From: Planctomycetota bacterium
GTDB taxonomy: Bacteria; Planctomycetota; Planctomycetia; Pirellulales; Lacipirellulaceae
Direction of reading: 5' to 3'
DNA: 43,246 bases
Assembly (NCBI GenBank): GCA_039190745.1
Contig: JBCCXZ010000030.1
Location: 1-43,246 of the forward strand
Below are positions 26,349 through 36,955 of this stretch, one piece after another. Made by a program: the position numbers and the translations under genes. The notes beneath the pieces were generated by a model. It did not search any database. It saw only the letters and a program-made list of their open reading frames with translations, and was not told the origin of the DNA. Each line of letters opens with the position of its first letter. Within the stretch, counting starts at the first letter, position 1.

Positions 26349-27413
26349 CTAAGGTTGGTCGGCGGAAGCGTCTGGGTCGGCGGCCAAATCTCGGAAGTAC
26401 TCTTCGATTAGCGCCTGGTAGTGGGCGGGGAAGTCGCGGCCGATCTGCTGCATGGCCTGCTCCCGCTCCTTGGGCGGCAGGTCGCCCCAGCCGGGGGTGT
26501 TGCCGATGTCTTTCGGGTCGACTTTGCCGGGGGCTTTGAGCTCGGCCGGTTGGCTGTCCTGCATCGGCTGGCCGGGGCGGATCACTCCGCCGGACGAGCC
26601 GGAGGAGCCCCCGCCGCCGTTCTGCTCGTCTTCTTTCTTTTTGATGATGCGGTCGAGCGACTCGACGACGCCGCGTTCGACCGTTTGGACACGCTCGCCC
26701 GCGTGGCCCAGTCCGAGGCGGCGGCGGATGTCGCGCATCCGGCGGGCGACGTGGTCGAGCGACTCGTCCTCGACGCCCCGCAGGTCTTTGGCCATCAGCT
26801 CGGCCACGTCGCGGTAGCGGCTGGGCATCGGCTCGGGGCGGTCGAGCAACTCGACGAGCGCGGCCCGGCTTTCGTCGGGGCGGACCAGTTGGTGCAGGGA
26901 GACCGCGCGGTAGAACAACAGCCCGACGGGGTCGAGCACTTCGTCGGCCGAGAGGCCTTCGAGCGAAGCGGCCGCGGCCTCATAAAGCCCGGCGCGGGCC
27001 TGCCACCGGCCGCGGAGCAGGGCGAGGTTGGCGGCCGCGAACCTCGGGTACAGCTCCCAGCTCATCGGCTGGGTGTCTCGCGGAGTCGGCGCCGCGGCCG
27101 GGTCGGTGTAGCGGGTTACCTGAGAGGCGAGGTTCGGGTAGAGCCGCGACGCCGAGCGGGCGAACGCCGCGAGCAGCTCTTCGGGCCCCGCGGCGTCGGG
27201 TAGCTCTCGCCAGGGTTCGACTGCTTCGCGTTCTTTGGCCGGGTCCAGTCCCGCTTGCTTGATCCAGGCGACGGCGTCGACCTGGAGGCGTTGCTGGCGC
27301 TGGTCGGCAGATTCTTCCGCGACGCACGGTTGCGGGAGCAGGCAGAACAACCCGGCCGCAAACGCGGCGGTCGCTGCGCGGCGCCGCACGGGGTTCCTGG
27401 CGAGGTTTCGCAT
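26349..27413 (-). CDS. Secreted helical/TPR-like hypothetical protein
   Basis: Signal peptide; TPR-like LLFYRAVSLHQLV; Gly/Ser linker; C-terminal WGDLPPKERE...FPAHYQALIEEYFRDLA. Confidence 0.8.
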   Translation of the reverse strand: MRNLARNPVRRRAATAAFAAGLFCLLPQPCVAEESADQRQQRLQVDAVAWIKQAGLDPAKEREAVEPWRELPDAAGPEELLAAFARSASRLYPNLASQVTRYTDPAAAPTPRDTQPMSWELYPRFAAANLALLRGRWQARAGLYEAAAASLEGLSADEVLDPVGLLFYRAVSLHQLVRPDESRAALVELLDRPEPMPSRYRDVAELMAKDLRGVEDESLDHVARRMRDIRRRLGLGHAGERVQTVERGVVESLDRIIKKKEDEQNGGGGSSGSSGGVIRPGQPMQDSQPAELKAPGKVDPKDIGNTPGWGDLPPKEREQAMQQIGRDFPAHYQALIEEYFRDLAADPDASADQP

Positions 27414-27433
27414 CTCAAGCGTCCTTTCTGCTG

Positions 27434-29095
27434 CTAGCGGTTGGCGCCGGTGTGGAGGTCGCGGGTGGCTTCGAAGATCCGTTCTTGCCGCACGGCGAGG
27501 CGTTGGAGGGCGTCGACCAGTTCCGACTTGTCGGTGGCTTCGCCCTCGATCATCCGGGCGTAGCGCTGGGTGCGCCGGTTCACGCGCATCTGCAGGCCGC
27601 GGATCATGCGGAGCTCGGCGAGCTGGTTGACGAGCTCCTGCTCCTGGTCGCCCCCGCCGCCGGGCTGCGGCTGGCCCTTCTTTTCGTCGAGCTCCTTGAG
27701 CGCCTGGCGGAGCGCTGCGACGGCTTCTTCGAGAGACTCGATGATGTCTTCCTCGATGCCCTGCGTGATGGCCCCGACGAGCACGCGTTGCAGCCGGCCC
27801 GCCACCTCCTCCATGTCTTCCTTGGCAAGCTCGATCGCCTCGGGGAACGCGACCGAGGTGCCGTCTTCTCGCAGCAGAAGCAGCGCCCGCTCGGCGTCGC
27901 GGGCGATGGCCGTTTGTTTGCGGGAGAGGCGGCTGGCGGAGATTTCCATCTCGTGTGTGGGGACTGTTTCGAGGCCCTCCTCGAGCGCCTGGGTCCGCTT
28001 GTAGACGGCGATCTGGTCTTCGAGCATCTTGCGGAAGCGGGCCTCGAGCATCACTAGCATCCGCTCCATTTCCTCCTCACGGAGTTGGCGGAGGATGCGC
28101 TCGAGTTCCTTCTTTGCCTCGGCGAGTTTCTTGAGGGCGTCGCGTTGCTTGTCGAGGGCGCCGGTGCGGCGGCCTTCTTCGAGTTCTTGGGCGGCCTGCT
28201 GCATGCGGCGGCGGGCGGCCTGCAGCTGCTGGTTTGCCTTCTGGGTGGGCGGCTGCTCGGCTTCGGACTGCTCGGAGCCTTCGGGGGACGGGCCGCCGGG
28301 CGAACCCTGGCCGGGGCTGCCTTCGCCGGGTTGCCCCTCGCCGGGTTCTCCGCTTTCCGGCTCGCCTTCGGACGGCTCGCCAGGCGCGGCTCCCTCCGAC
28401 GGCTCGCCGCCGGGCTTCTCACCGGCGGACTCTTTGCCCTCGTCGGACTCTCCTGGACCAGACTCCCCTGCGGGGCTTGTGCTGCCGCGTTGGGCGTCGT
28501 CTCGGTCGATGCTTTCGGCAAGCTTGCCGGCCTCCGCGGCGGCGTCGCGTTGCTCTTTGGAGAGCTCTTTGCTCTCGGCGCCGCCCTCGGTGCCGCCGAT
28601 GACGCCGCGTTGCATGCGGATGATGCGGTTCAGCTCGGCGAGGTACTTGGCGATGCGTTTGCGTTCCGAATCGATCTGCCGGCCTCGGTCTTCTTCGAGC
28701 AGCATGTTGAGCAGCTTCTCGAGCTCGGCGGTGAGCTTCGCCTGACGCGACGAGGCGGGACCGAGCTTGCCGCGTTCGAGCGAGACGAGGACGCGGTCGT
28801 ATAGCCCGGGGAGGTCTTCTTCGCGGCCGGCGGCGATCAGGTCGCGGAGCAGACGCGCCCGGCGGGGCTGCGTGCTGCGGGAGACCTCCGAGAGCCGACC
28901 GGCGAGCACCTCGAGCCGCTCGTACCGCTCGGCGAGCCGGGCTTGGCTGGCGGCGAGGTCGGCGTCGCCTGTGGCGGCATCGCTTTGCTGCGCCGCGGCA
29001 GGCGCGCAGCAAACCGCAAACAGCAACAGCACGAACGCGGACGCGGCGGAGCGTGGCGCGGCGAACGGCGGCGGTGTCTTGCGAGCGGGGATCAG
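27434..29095 (-). CDS. Secreted coiled-coil hypothetical protein with a Gly/Glu/Pro-rich linker
   Basis: ORF 27434-29032 stays open upstream to CTG 29095, overlapping the previous stop; long heptad-rich helices flank GEPSEG/GQPGEG repeats. Confidence 0.78.
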   Translation of the reverse strand: MIPARKTPPPFAAPRSAASAFVLLLFAVCCAPAAAQQSDAATGDADLAASQARLAERYERLEVLAGRLSEVSRSTQPRRARLLRDLIAAGREEDLPGLYDRVLVSLERGKLGPASSRQAKLTAELEKLLNMLLEEDRGRQIDSERKRIAKYLAELNRIIRMQRGVIGGTEGGAESKELSKEQRDAAAEAGKLAESIDRDDAQRGSTSPAGESGPGESDEGKESAGEKPGGEPSEGAAPGEPSEGEPESGEPGEGQPGEGSPGQGSPGGPSPEGSEQSEAEQPPTQKANQQLQAARRRMQQAAQELEEGRRTGALDKQRDALKKLAEAKKELERILRQLREEEMERMLVMLEARFRKMLEDQIAVYKRTQALEEGLETVPTHEMEISASRLSRKQTAIARDAERALLLLREDGTSVAFPEAIELAKEDMEEVAGRLQRVLVGAITQGIEEDIIESLEEAVAALRQALKELDEKKGQPQPGGGGDQEQELVNQLAELRMIRGLQMRVNRRTQRYARMIEGEATDKSELVDALQRLAVRQERIFEATRDLHTGANR

Positions 29096-31311
29096 TCTTC
29101 CAGCAGCCGGCGGAGCTGCTCCTTGCGTTGGGCTTCGGTCGCCTTGTTGAGCGCCTGCTGTTCTTCTAACAGGGACCGCAGCAGGTCGACCAGTTCATTG
29201 TAGTCTTCGAGTTCTAGCATGCGATCCAGCACGCTTTGCATCGCGTCGACCGCCGCGTCGGCGTCCCGACGGGCTTCGGCGATCCGCGGGGGGGTGTCGC
29301 CGCCGGGGTAGCCTTCGAGGCAGGATTCGAGCGACCGTTCGAGCCGCGGGAGGAGGCGGTCTGCGATCTCCCGCAGGGGGTCGATGATCCCCGCGCCCAG
29401 CCGCTGGAGGATTTCTTGGGTGTCGACGCGGTTGTTGGTCAGTTCGTCGACGATGCCCTCGAAGCCGTCCGCGACGGACGCGACTTCGTAAGCGAGCTGG
29501 GTCGCGTTGCGGCCGGCGCCGGCGAGGCGGAGGCGGTCGACCTCGGTCGAGGTTTCGTCTGCGTTGGCAGGAGCAGCGTTTGCCACTTTCCCCAGCAGCT
29601 CGCGCGTCCCGACGGCACGCTCCAAGAGCGCCTCGAAGCGGAGGCGGAGGTCGAGTTCGCGTTTCTCTAAAAGCGATCGAAGTTTCGACGGGGTCACCAC
29701 GTCGAGCACGACCTCGGCGGATTTCGACTCGCGAGGGCCGTCGGTGAGGTCGTAGCCGTCGCGGGCGTGGACGGCGATGCGGAGTTGGTCTCCGACGGCG
29801 GGCTGCAGACGCTCCGAGGCGTTCGCCTCTTCGGCGGCAAGGTCGTAGACCACCGTGCCGTTGTAGCTGGTGCGTCGGCCGTCGCCCGCGTCGATGGCGC
29901 GGCGGGCCGCGGGGCGTTGAACGTCGCCTGCTTCACCCGCCGACTTGGGGACGACTTCCAGCCGCAACCAAGCCGCGGCGATGCCGTGGTCGTCGGCGAT
30001 CGAGCCCTCTAGCGGGATGCGGGCGCCGGGCGTCACGGCCGAGCCGATGCCGTCGACGTTAAAGACCACCTCGGGCAACTGGTCGGGCGTGGCGTTGAGC
30101 ACGACTTGGTAGGCGGTTTCGTTCGACACGCCGTCGGTGTCGTACAGGGTGAGGAGCAGCTTGCGGGTCTCGGTGAGCGGGCCCAGGTCGACCGCGACCG
30201 TCGAGGGCTTGGCGGGGTCGATCGAGACGGATCGCTGGTCGGCGAGGCCGTCGATCTCGGCGCGGGCGAGCGGCTTGCTCGATTGGACACGGAGCGTGGC
30301 TTGGGTCGCCTCGGGCAACTCGGCCTGTCCGCTGAACAGGATCGACCGCGGGGGCATGCCGAGGTAGGCGGGGAACTCGGCGTCCACCGAAGTGCGGAGC
30401 ACGCGCGGGCGTTCGACCACGCGGAGCGTGAGCCCGCGGAGCGTTGCGTCGCCTCCGCGGATGTCGAGCTCGATGTCGGACGAGACGCTCTCGAAGGTGT
30501 GCGTGTAAGGCTGACGCTGCTCGCCGGCGGCGGCTGCGTCGCCGATTTGGGTCATGCCGACCCTCCCGGAACGGCCGTCGCCGTAGCGGTATCGGACCTC
30601 GACGCGGCGCGGCGCCTTGTGCCCGCCGGTGAGGTCGGCCGAGACGCGGAGGACGAACTGGTCGTCCCGCGCGACGCGTGCCACGAGGCGGCCGTCGATG
30701 GTCTCGAACCCTTCGGCCTCGAGCGAGACTCGCCTCGGCCAGGGGGTGTCGCTCAGCGTGAGGCGGTCGACCCACAGGGCGAAGGCCTCGGGGCTGGCGG
30801 CGGCGAAGGCGAGGATCAGCCCGCCCAAGCCGACCGAGACGGCGAGCTTCCAGGTGAGCGGCCGCAGGGAGAAGACTTCTGAGGCCCGCAGGGAGAGCAG
30901 ACGCTCGCGGGCAAGCTGCCGGGTCGTCTCAATTAACGCGGGGTTGTAGCTGCCGGCGGTCGAGCCAGAGCGTGTGTCGACCGTGGTGGCCAGCGCACCG
31001 CCAAGCGCGGGGCGGGCGCGTTCGACTTCCAGGGCGAGCGACTCGGTGGAGATCGAGGCGAAGCCGCGCGCGAAGACCTGGGTGCTGAGCAGCATCGCGG
31101 ACGCCGCTCCGACCAGGGTCCACAGCAGGACGCGGGCGGCGACGGGTAACTCGAAGAGCCAGTCGACCGCCAGGCCCGCCCAGAAGGCAACCGCCAGCAG
31201 CGCCGTGATCGCGAGCAGCCCGTCGGCCATCGCGTAAGCGCGCAGCGCGCGCCGCAACGCGTTGAGCTTGCGGGCGATCGGTCGGGCGGTGTCTGGGGCT
31301 GGCGAACGCAT
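29092..31311 (-). CDS. Membrane-anchored hypothetical protein (3 TMs, Ig-like beta region, coiled-coil tail; DUF4175-like architecture)
   Basis: N-terminal TMs (LAVAFWAGLAVDWLF), beta-rich middle with EFPAYLG, DQLPEV and ADDHGI motifs, helical C-terminus. Confidence 0.78.
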   Translation of the reverse strand: MRSPAPDTARPIARKLNALRRALRAYAMADGLLAITALLAVAFWAGLAVDWLFELPVAARVLLWTLVGAASAMLLSTQVFARGFASISTESLALEVERARPALGGALATTVDTRSGSTAGSYNPALIETTRQLARERLLSLRASEVFSLRPLTWKLAVSVGLGGLILAFAAASPEAFALWVDRLTLSDTPWPRRVSLEAEGFETIDGRLVARVARDDQFVLRVSADLTGGHKAPRRVEVRYRYGDGRSGRVGMTQIGDAAAAGEQRQPYTHTFESVSSDIELDIRGGDATLRGLTLRVVERPRVLRTSVDAEFPAYLGMPPRSILFSGQAELPEATQATLRVQSSKPLARAEIDGLADQRSVSIDPAKPSTVAVDLGPLTETRKLLLTLYDTDGVSNETAYQVVLNATPDQLPEVVFNVDGIGSAVTPGARIPLEGSIADDHGIAAAWLRLEVVPKSAGEAGDVQRPAARRAIDAGDGRRTSYNGTVVYDLAAEEANASERLQPAVGDQLRIAVHARDGYDLTDGPRESKSAEVVLDVVTPSKLRSLLEKRELDLRLRFEALLERAVGTRELLGKVANAAPANADETSTEVDRLRLAGAGRNATQLAYEVASVADGFEGIVDELTNNRVDTQEILQRLGAGIIDPLREIADRLLPRLERSLESCLEGYPGGDTPPRIAEARRDADAAVDAMQSVLDRMLELEDYNELVDLLRSLLEEQQALNKATEAQRKEQLRRLLED

Positions 31312-31324
31312 TGCTGGGTTGGCT

Positions 31325-33757
31325 TCAGGAGAGTTTGAGCAGCCGGCGGAGCAGCCACTCGCAGATCAAGGCTCCGCAGATGACGCTGAGCAGGGCTCCC
31401 CGCGACTGCCGGGCGAACTCGGGGTCGGGCCTGCCGCGGAGCACGCGCGTCTCGGCGCGGGAAACGAGCAAGTCTGCCAGCGGCGGGTTTTCGTTGGTTC
31501 CCTCTGCGGCGTCTGCGGGAGAGCGGTAGTAGCGGCCGCCCGACTGGTCGGCCAGCGCGGCGAGCACCGCTTCGTCGCGGCGGGTCTCGCGGAACTCAAG
31601 GTCGGGCAGCTCAACGCGGAAACGGACGGTAGCGGCTTCTTCTGTCGTGCCGGGGCTGAACTGTGTCACTTCGTACTGCCCGGTGGCCGAGAGGGGGAGT
31701 TGGCCGACGTAGTGTCCCGGGCGGTCGGGGTCGGCGGCGAGCAGGACTTTCTGCTTGGCCCCGCCGGGGGAGATTGATTCGGCTTCCACCGTGGGCAGTT
31801 CGAGCGGCTCGCGGCTGGGCGTGAGCAGGCGGGCGCGGAGCGTGGCGTCGTCGCCCACCGTGTACGCCTGGCGGTCGGCCTGCAGCATGACGATCGACGA
31901 GCCGCGGAGCAGGCGTCCCTGCGAGGCGTGTCGGATGAGTTTTGTGTAGAGGATGTCGAAGTAGGCGGGTTCAACCGCGCGGAGCCGCCACCACTCGGAA
32001 CTGCCGATGTACACCACGCGGCCGGCGCCGTAGAAGTGCTCGGCGATGTAGGCGGGCAGCTCTCGGCTGAGGCCTGCGTCGGGGTTGCTGTAGCGGGCGA
32101 GGACCTGGGCGCCCGGCTTGGGGCCGCGGACGGCGTAGCAGCCGAACACTCCGGGGAACCGCGACCAGGCCAGGTCGCTTTCCTCGGCAGTGTCGGCGAT
32201 GCGCAGGAATGGCGCCTCGCGGCCGGCGTCGGTGAACTTGATGGGCCACGGCTTCGTCGATCCGTAAACTCCGTCGTCGAGAAGGGTGAGCCGCTTCTGG
32301 TACTCGACCGGGTAGAGCGAGCGGACCACGGCGTGCTCGCTGCTTTGGGTCCAGGCTGCGGTGTGGACGGGGCCGGCGGAGACGACCAGGCCGCCCGCTT
32401 CGTCGGCTACCCAGCGTTCCAGTAGCGCGATTTGGTCGGCGTCGAGCCGGGTCCAGTCGGGGTCGAAAGCAACGATGCAATCGAATTCAAAGAGTTGCTC
32501 GGCAGAGTCGGGGAACGCGGCGAGCAGCTCGTCGGCGTCCTGTGAGATCGGGCCGCTGAGCAGCTGCAGCCAAACCGAGAGCCGGGTCTGTTCGTCGCGG
32601 TCGAGCTGGTTGCGGAGGAAGCGGTAGTCGCGGTTGGCGGCGCCGGCGATGAGCAGGACGTTCGTCTTGCGGGCGATCACCTCCAACGCAGCGCCGCGGG
32701 AGTCGTCCGCGGGGAAGGGGTCGCGCGAGTGGCCCACGAGCTGGGCGGTGAGCCGTGAGGCGCCCGGCTCGGTTGGGGTGTAGACGAAGCGGACCGGCAT
32801 GGCCACGCCGTCGGCGGGCAGCGCGATCGACTCTCGGCCGAGCAGTTCGCCCTCACCCGGCTGGGCGCCGGCGGGTGCCAGCCGCAGTTCGAGCGTGGCC
32901 GTCTCGCCGGCGAGGCCTTCCGCGGCGACCGACACGGTGACGGGCACCTGGTCGTCGGGTGTGGCGCGGCTGGGGAGCTCGATGCCCGCGACACGTGCGT
33001 TGCGGCGGGGCTCGGATGAGCCGAGGCCGATAGTGAAAACGGGCGGCTTGCCTCGGGCAGCGGCTTGGTCAGAGAGGGCCGTAACGGCGTCGGCCGGCGG
33101 TGCACCGCCGGTGGCGCGTCCGTCGGAGAGCACGACGACGCCGGCCAGCGGTGCGGTGGGGCGCCTGCGGGCGGTTTCGGCGAGCGCGTCGCCGAGGCGG
33201 GTTTCGTCCGCGGTGGGTTGGAAACCCGTAAGCCAGTCTGGGGACGTTTCGAGAGTCGTCCCCCGGGCGAGCGACGCGACCGGGGTCGCCTCGGCTCCGA
33301 ATGTGTAGATCTCGACGTCGTTCTTCTCGGCGAGAGCGTTCAACAAAGCGGGCTGGGCGACCCAGTCGGAGGCGGCATCCGACCGTCTGATGTTGCCGCC
33401 GTCTTCGCCAGGCTCGTCCTGGATCGACATGCTTTGGCTGGCGTCGATCAGCACGGCGACGACTGACTCGTCGGTGGTCGTGCGGTCGAACCGCCGTTCG
33501 GGCTGGAGGAAGTAGACGATCAGCCCGGCGATGGCCGTGAGTCGGAGACCGAATAGGACCACGCGGGCCGTCCAGCCAAGCGAGCGGGTGTCTCGCAGAT
33601 AGAACGAGCCGATCCACAACAGCAAGAGTGTCGCGACACACGCGATCAGGCCCAGCAGTGCGCGGGGGTCGTCCGACGCGTCGAGACGCGACCAAGCGTA
33701 GACGGCCTCTCCGAGGTCGGCGGGTGCGGCGGCTAGTGTGAGGGCTTGCTGGAGCAA
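31325..33757 (-). CDS. Membrane-anchored VWA-domain protein with GATase-like domain
   Basis: TMs then MIDAS VLIDASQSMS, TRLGDAL, VVLSDGR; NVLLIAG...FDCIVAFD...LERWVADEAGGLVVSAG; YGAGRVVY; C-terminal TM ending EWLLRR. Confidence 0.85.
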   Translation of the reverse strand: MLQQALTLAAAPADLGEAVYAWSRLDASDDPRALLGLIACVATLLLLWIGSFYLRDTRSLGWTARVVLFGLRLTAIAGLIVYFLQPERRFDRTTTDESVVAVLIDASQSMSIQDEPGEDGGNIRRSDAASDWVAQPALLNALAEKNDVEIYTFGAEATPVASLARGTTLETSPDWLTGFQPTADETRLGDALAETARRRPTAPLAGVVVLSDGRATGGAPPADAVTALSDQAAARGKPPVFTIGLGSSEPRRNARVAGIELPSRATPDDQVPVTVSVAAEGLAGETATLELRLAPAGAQPGEGELLGRESIALPADGVAMPVRFVYTPTEPGASRLTAQLVGHSRDPFPADDSRGAALEVIARKTNVLLIAGAANRDYRFLRNQLDRDEQTRLSVWLQLLSGPISQDADELLAAFPDSAEQLFEFDCIVAFDPDWTRLDADQIALLERWVADEAGGLVVSAGPVHTAAWTQSSEHAVVRSLYPVEYQKRLTLLDDGVYGSTKPWPIKFTDAGREAPFLRIADTAEESDLAWSRFPGVFGCYAVRGPKPGAQVLARYSNPDAGLSRELPAYIAEHFYGAGRVVYIGSSEWWRLRAVEPAYFDILYTKLIRHASQGRLLRGSSIVMLQADRQAYTVGDDATLRARLLTPSREPLELPTVEAESISPGGAKQKVLLAADPDRPGHYVGQLPLSATGQYEVTQFSPGTTEEAATVRFRVELPDLEFRETRRDEAVLAALADQSGGRYYRSPADAAEGTNENPPLADLLVSRAETRVLRGRPDPEFARQSRGALLSVICGALICEWLLRRLLKLS

Positions 33758-33790
33758 AATTGGTTTCTGGTTCGTTCGGGATCCGGCGGT

Positions 33791-35992
33791 CTAGCCGCTG
33801 TGGTAGCCGGTTCGGAAGGCGAGCCACTGCTCGAGGGCGATCACGGCGATGAGGGCGTAGAGCAACGCGTCTCCGAGGCCGTAGCCCGCGAGCTGCTGTT
33901 CGCCCCGGCGGAAGTCTTTGGCCAGCGCGTGGCGGTAGTTGGCTTCGGGCATCGCCGCGGCGAGCGCGGCGCCGTCGAGCCGGCTGAGGTCGCCTTCGCC
34001 CGGCTCGACGTTCACTGCGATGAGGCGTTGTTCTGTTTTGCCATCGGAGGAAGTGATCTCAGCCCGCCAGACGCCGCTTTCCGGGCGGGGCGAGAGCACG
34101 GCGGTGAGCCGTCCGGCCTCGTCGGGCTCTGCTTGAACGGTCGACGACGAGCCGCCGGGGGCGAAGGCTTGGACCGAGGGGGTTTGCCCTTCGGGGTCGA
34201 ACCCGACAGCGAGCGGAATGCCTGCCTCGGCTGAGGCGGCGCCGCGGCGGTTGGCAGACATCGCGCCGACGAGTTCGTTCATGTAGATCGGGAAAGCCGG
34301 GTTCGTGGCCCAGTTGTTCCAGGGACCGATCCGCGATTCCGCCGGCGAGAGGCGGGTGTATTGGGCGATGACGACGCCGGCGCCGAACGGCTTTTCCAGA
34401 ACCAGCGGGGCCCGGTTGCGGAGCGACGCGAGCAGGCGGACGGAGCCTTCTTCGGCGGGACGCCAGTCGGGCCGGAGGCCGTAGTAGAGGTTGATCCGTG
34501 CCAGGGAGAGGAAGCTGTTCCGCTGACCGGAGAAGACCCGGAACACGGGGGCGTCTGAGACGACGACATCGGCCTGCGGGTTGAGCGGGTCGCTGAGCAA
34601 TTGCACCGGGCGGTCGACGGGGGCGGGCAAGAGGCCTTGTCCGTCGCGGTAGAGTCGCTCGTTGAGGAAGGCCGCCTGAGTGGACGGTCCGAGGAACAGA
34701 GCAACTCCGCCGCCGGCGGAGGCGTAGGCTTCCAGCCGTTCAATGGCCGATCCGTCGAGGCTCGGCACATCGAGCAAGAACACGGCGGCGTAGCGGTCGA
34801 GGTCTTCGGCGTTGCGGAGGTAGCTGGCGGTCTCGACGACGGGGGCCCAGCCGGCGAGGCCTTTGCCGCCGGGGTCGAGCGCCTTGCGGAGGTAGAAGCT
34901 GTCGACGCGTTCGGGCGAGCCGTCGACCACCAGCACGGGGTAGGAGTCGGGGGTTTCGCAGGCGTAGTAGCGCGTGTTGTCGGCGGCGACCGCGTCGCCC
35001 TCGACCGCCACCCGCAGCGAGTGCCAGCCCGTTTCGCGGAAGACCACCCGGAAGCGACGCTGGACGGTTTCGCCGGGGGCGATGGCTCCGAAGTCGATCG
35101 CCGGCAGGTCGCGGCCGTCTTGGCGGACCTCGGCGAGGACCGAGGGGACGCGTGCCTGGCCGTTGTTGGTGATGCCCGCGCGGAACCAGGTTTCGACGCC
35201 GGCGGCGCGGCCACCGGCCTCGGGCTCAAGCGTGCTGACCGTGAGGTTTGGGTGCTGACCCTGGCCGCACTGCACGAGGTGAACCTGATCGGCTTGCTCT
35301 TCCAGGCTTCCCAGCTGCTGCTCGAGTCGTTTGGCCTCGTTCCATTGGCGCTGACGAAAATCAGAGAACAGGTAAACGATCCGACTCTCGTCCGGGTTGG
35401 GCTCGATGAGGCCGGCCGCCGCGGAGAGGGCGGGGCCGGGGCCCGCGTCGGACTCGGCGGGGCCGAGTTCCGAGAGACGCGCGCGGAGCGTGTCGAGGCT
35501 TTCAAGGCTGAGCGTGGTGCGCGGCAGCCAGGGTTCGTCGAGCGAGGGGTCGAGCCGCATGTCGCTGAACCGGACGATGGTTGCTTCTTGGGTCCCGGGC
35601 TCGTCGAGCGCGTCGCGGAGCAGGGCCAGGGCGGCGTCTTTGGCTTCGGCGAAGGTGTCTTCGCCGGCCCAAGCGTCGGACATCGAGTAGCTGTCGTCGA
35701 GCAGGATGAGGTGGTGGGTGCGGCCGCCGCTGAGGAGGGCGCCCCATTCGGAGCGGAGCGTTGGGCCGGCGAGCATCAGCACCACCGCGGCGATCGCCGC
35801 GGTGCGGGCGAGCATCAGCAGCAGTTGCTGCAAGAGAATCCAGTTGCGGCTCCGCTTCTGGCTGGCGAGCAGGAAGTCCATCGCCGCCCACTCGACGCGC
35901 TTGCGGCGCCGGAGGTTGATCAGGTGGATCGCAATCGGCAACGCCACCAGCGGCAGGCCGAACGTCAGGAGCTGTCCGTAAAGAAACGACAC
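33791..35992 (-). CDS. BatA (aerotolerance regulator N-terminal) + VWA domain membrane protein
   Basis: LPIAIHLINLRRRKRVEWAAMDFL (BatA N-terminal motif), MIDAS ILLDDSYSMS, VYLFSDFR, AGGGVALFLG, C-terminal TM ending EQWLA. Confidence 0.88.
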   Translation of the reverse strand: MSFLYGQLLTFGLPLVALPIAIHLINLRRRKRVEWAAMDFLLASQKRSRNWILLQQLLLMLARTAAIAAVVLMLAGPTLRSEWGALLSGGRTHHLILLDDSYSMSDAWAGEDTFAEAKDAALALLRDALDEPGTQEATIVRFSDMRLDPSLDEPWLPRTTLSLESLDTLRARLSELGPAESDAGPGPALSAAAGLIEPNPDESRIVYLFSDFRQRQWNEAKRLEQQLGSLEEQADQVHLVQCGQGQHPNLTVSTLEPEAGGRAAGVETWFRAGITNNGQARVPSVLAEVRQDGRDLPAIDFGAIAPGETVQRRFRVVFRETGWHSLRVAVEGDAVAADNTRYYACETPDSYPVLVVDGSPERVDSFYLRKALDPGGKGLAGWAPVVETASYLRNAEDLDRYAAVFLLDVPSLDGSAIERLEAYASAGGGVALFLGPSTQAAFLNERLYRDGQGLLPAPVDRPVQLLSDPLNPQADVVVSDAPVFRVFSGQRNSFLSLARINLYYGLRPDWRPAEEGSVRLLASLRNRAPLVLEKPFGAGVVIAQYTRLSPAESRIGPWNNWATNPAFPIYMNELVGAMSANRRGAASAEAGIPLAVGFDPEGQTPSVQAFAPGGSSSTVQAEPDEAGRLTAVLSPRPESGVWRAEITSSDGKTEQRLIAVNVEPGEGDLSRLDGAALAAAMPEANYRHALAKDFRRGEQQLAGYGLGDALLYALIAVIALEQWLAFRTGYHSG

Positions 35993-36049
35993 CGGCTGTC
36001 CGTACGAGGAGTGTTTGGGGTTTCCTGGAAGCGGGGGCTTCTTAGAAGG

Positions 36050-36955
36050 CTAGCGCTTCCGCCGGGCGGCGAGGCGTTTGCTGAGGAACTCGGCGAGCGC
36101 GGCGTCGAGCGGGGTGCTGGTGCGGACCAGGGCGTAGTCGACGCCGAGGCTCGCGCAGCCGCGGCGGACCTTGGCGAGGAACGCTTCGAGCGCGGCGAGG
36201 TAGCCCTCGCGGAGGGCCTTGGGGTTGCAGTTGAGTTGCTGGGCGTCTTCCAGGCCGTCGAACCGCATGGGGCCGTCGAACGGGAAGTCGATCTCGTCGT
36301 CGTCCATCACGTGGAGCACCAGCGTGTCGTGCCCGCGCTGGCGAAGCAGGCGGAGCCCACGGAGCGTGGCGTCGACGTCGGAGAGCAGGTCGGAGACGAG
36401 CACCACCATGCCGCGGCGTGAGGTCTCGTTCGCAACGCGCTCCAGGACGCCGCCGGCGGCGGTGCGGTCGCTGGGTTCGACGGCTTCGAGCGACTCGGAG
36501 ATCGCGGTCAGGTGCCCCATGGTGCTGCGGAGCGTGGTGCGGGTGCGGATCTCGCTGTCGAACGTGACGCACTGCACCGAGTCGTGCTGCTTGAGCAGGA
36601 GGTAGGCGAGGCTCACCGCCGCGGTAGCGGCGTACTGGAACTTGTCCAGCTCGCCCGAGCCGTAGGCCATGCTGCGTGAGGTGTCGACGAGGATCGAGCA
36701 GCGGAGGTTCGAGTCCTCCTCGAACTGCTTGACGTAGAGTCGGTCTTTTTTGGCCCAGGCCTTCCAGTCGATGTGCCGGTAGTCGTCGCCGGGTGCGTAC
36801 TGGCGGTGCTGGAGGAACTCGATCGAGCGCCCGAAGTAGGGGCTGCGGTGCATGCCGCTAAGGAGCCCCTCGACGACCGACTTGGCGCGGACCTCGAGCC
36901 GCCCGACGCGTCGGATCGCGTCAGGATGCAAGAATCGCTTTGAATCTTGGGTCAT
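36050..36955 (-). CDS. DUF58 domain protein (VWA-like MoxR partner)
   Basis: [56 protein letters not shown]. Confidence 0.93.
   Translation of the reverse strand: MTQDSKRFLHPDAIRRVGRLEVRAKSVVEGLLSGMHRSPYFGRSIEFLQHRQYAPGDDYRHIDWKAWAKKDRLYVKQFEEDSNLRCSILVDTSRSMAYGSGELDKFQYAATAAVSLAYLLLKQHDSVQCVTFDSEIRTRTTLRSTMGHLTAISESLEAVEPSDRTAAGGVLERVANETSRRGMVVLVSDLLSDVDATLRGLRLLRQRGHDTLVLHVMDDDEIDFPFDGPMRFDGLEDAQQLNCNPKALREGYLAALEAFLAKVRRGCASLGVDYALVRTSTPLDAALAEFLSKRLAARRKR

Noticed and set aside
34601..36421. 606-aa plus-strand ORF
   Set aside because: Antisense shadow of the BatA/VWA and DUF58 genes.
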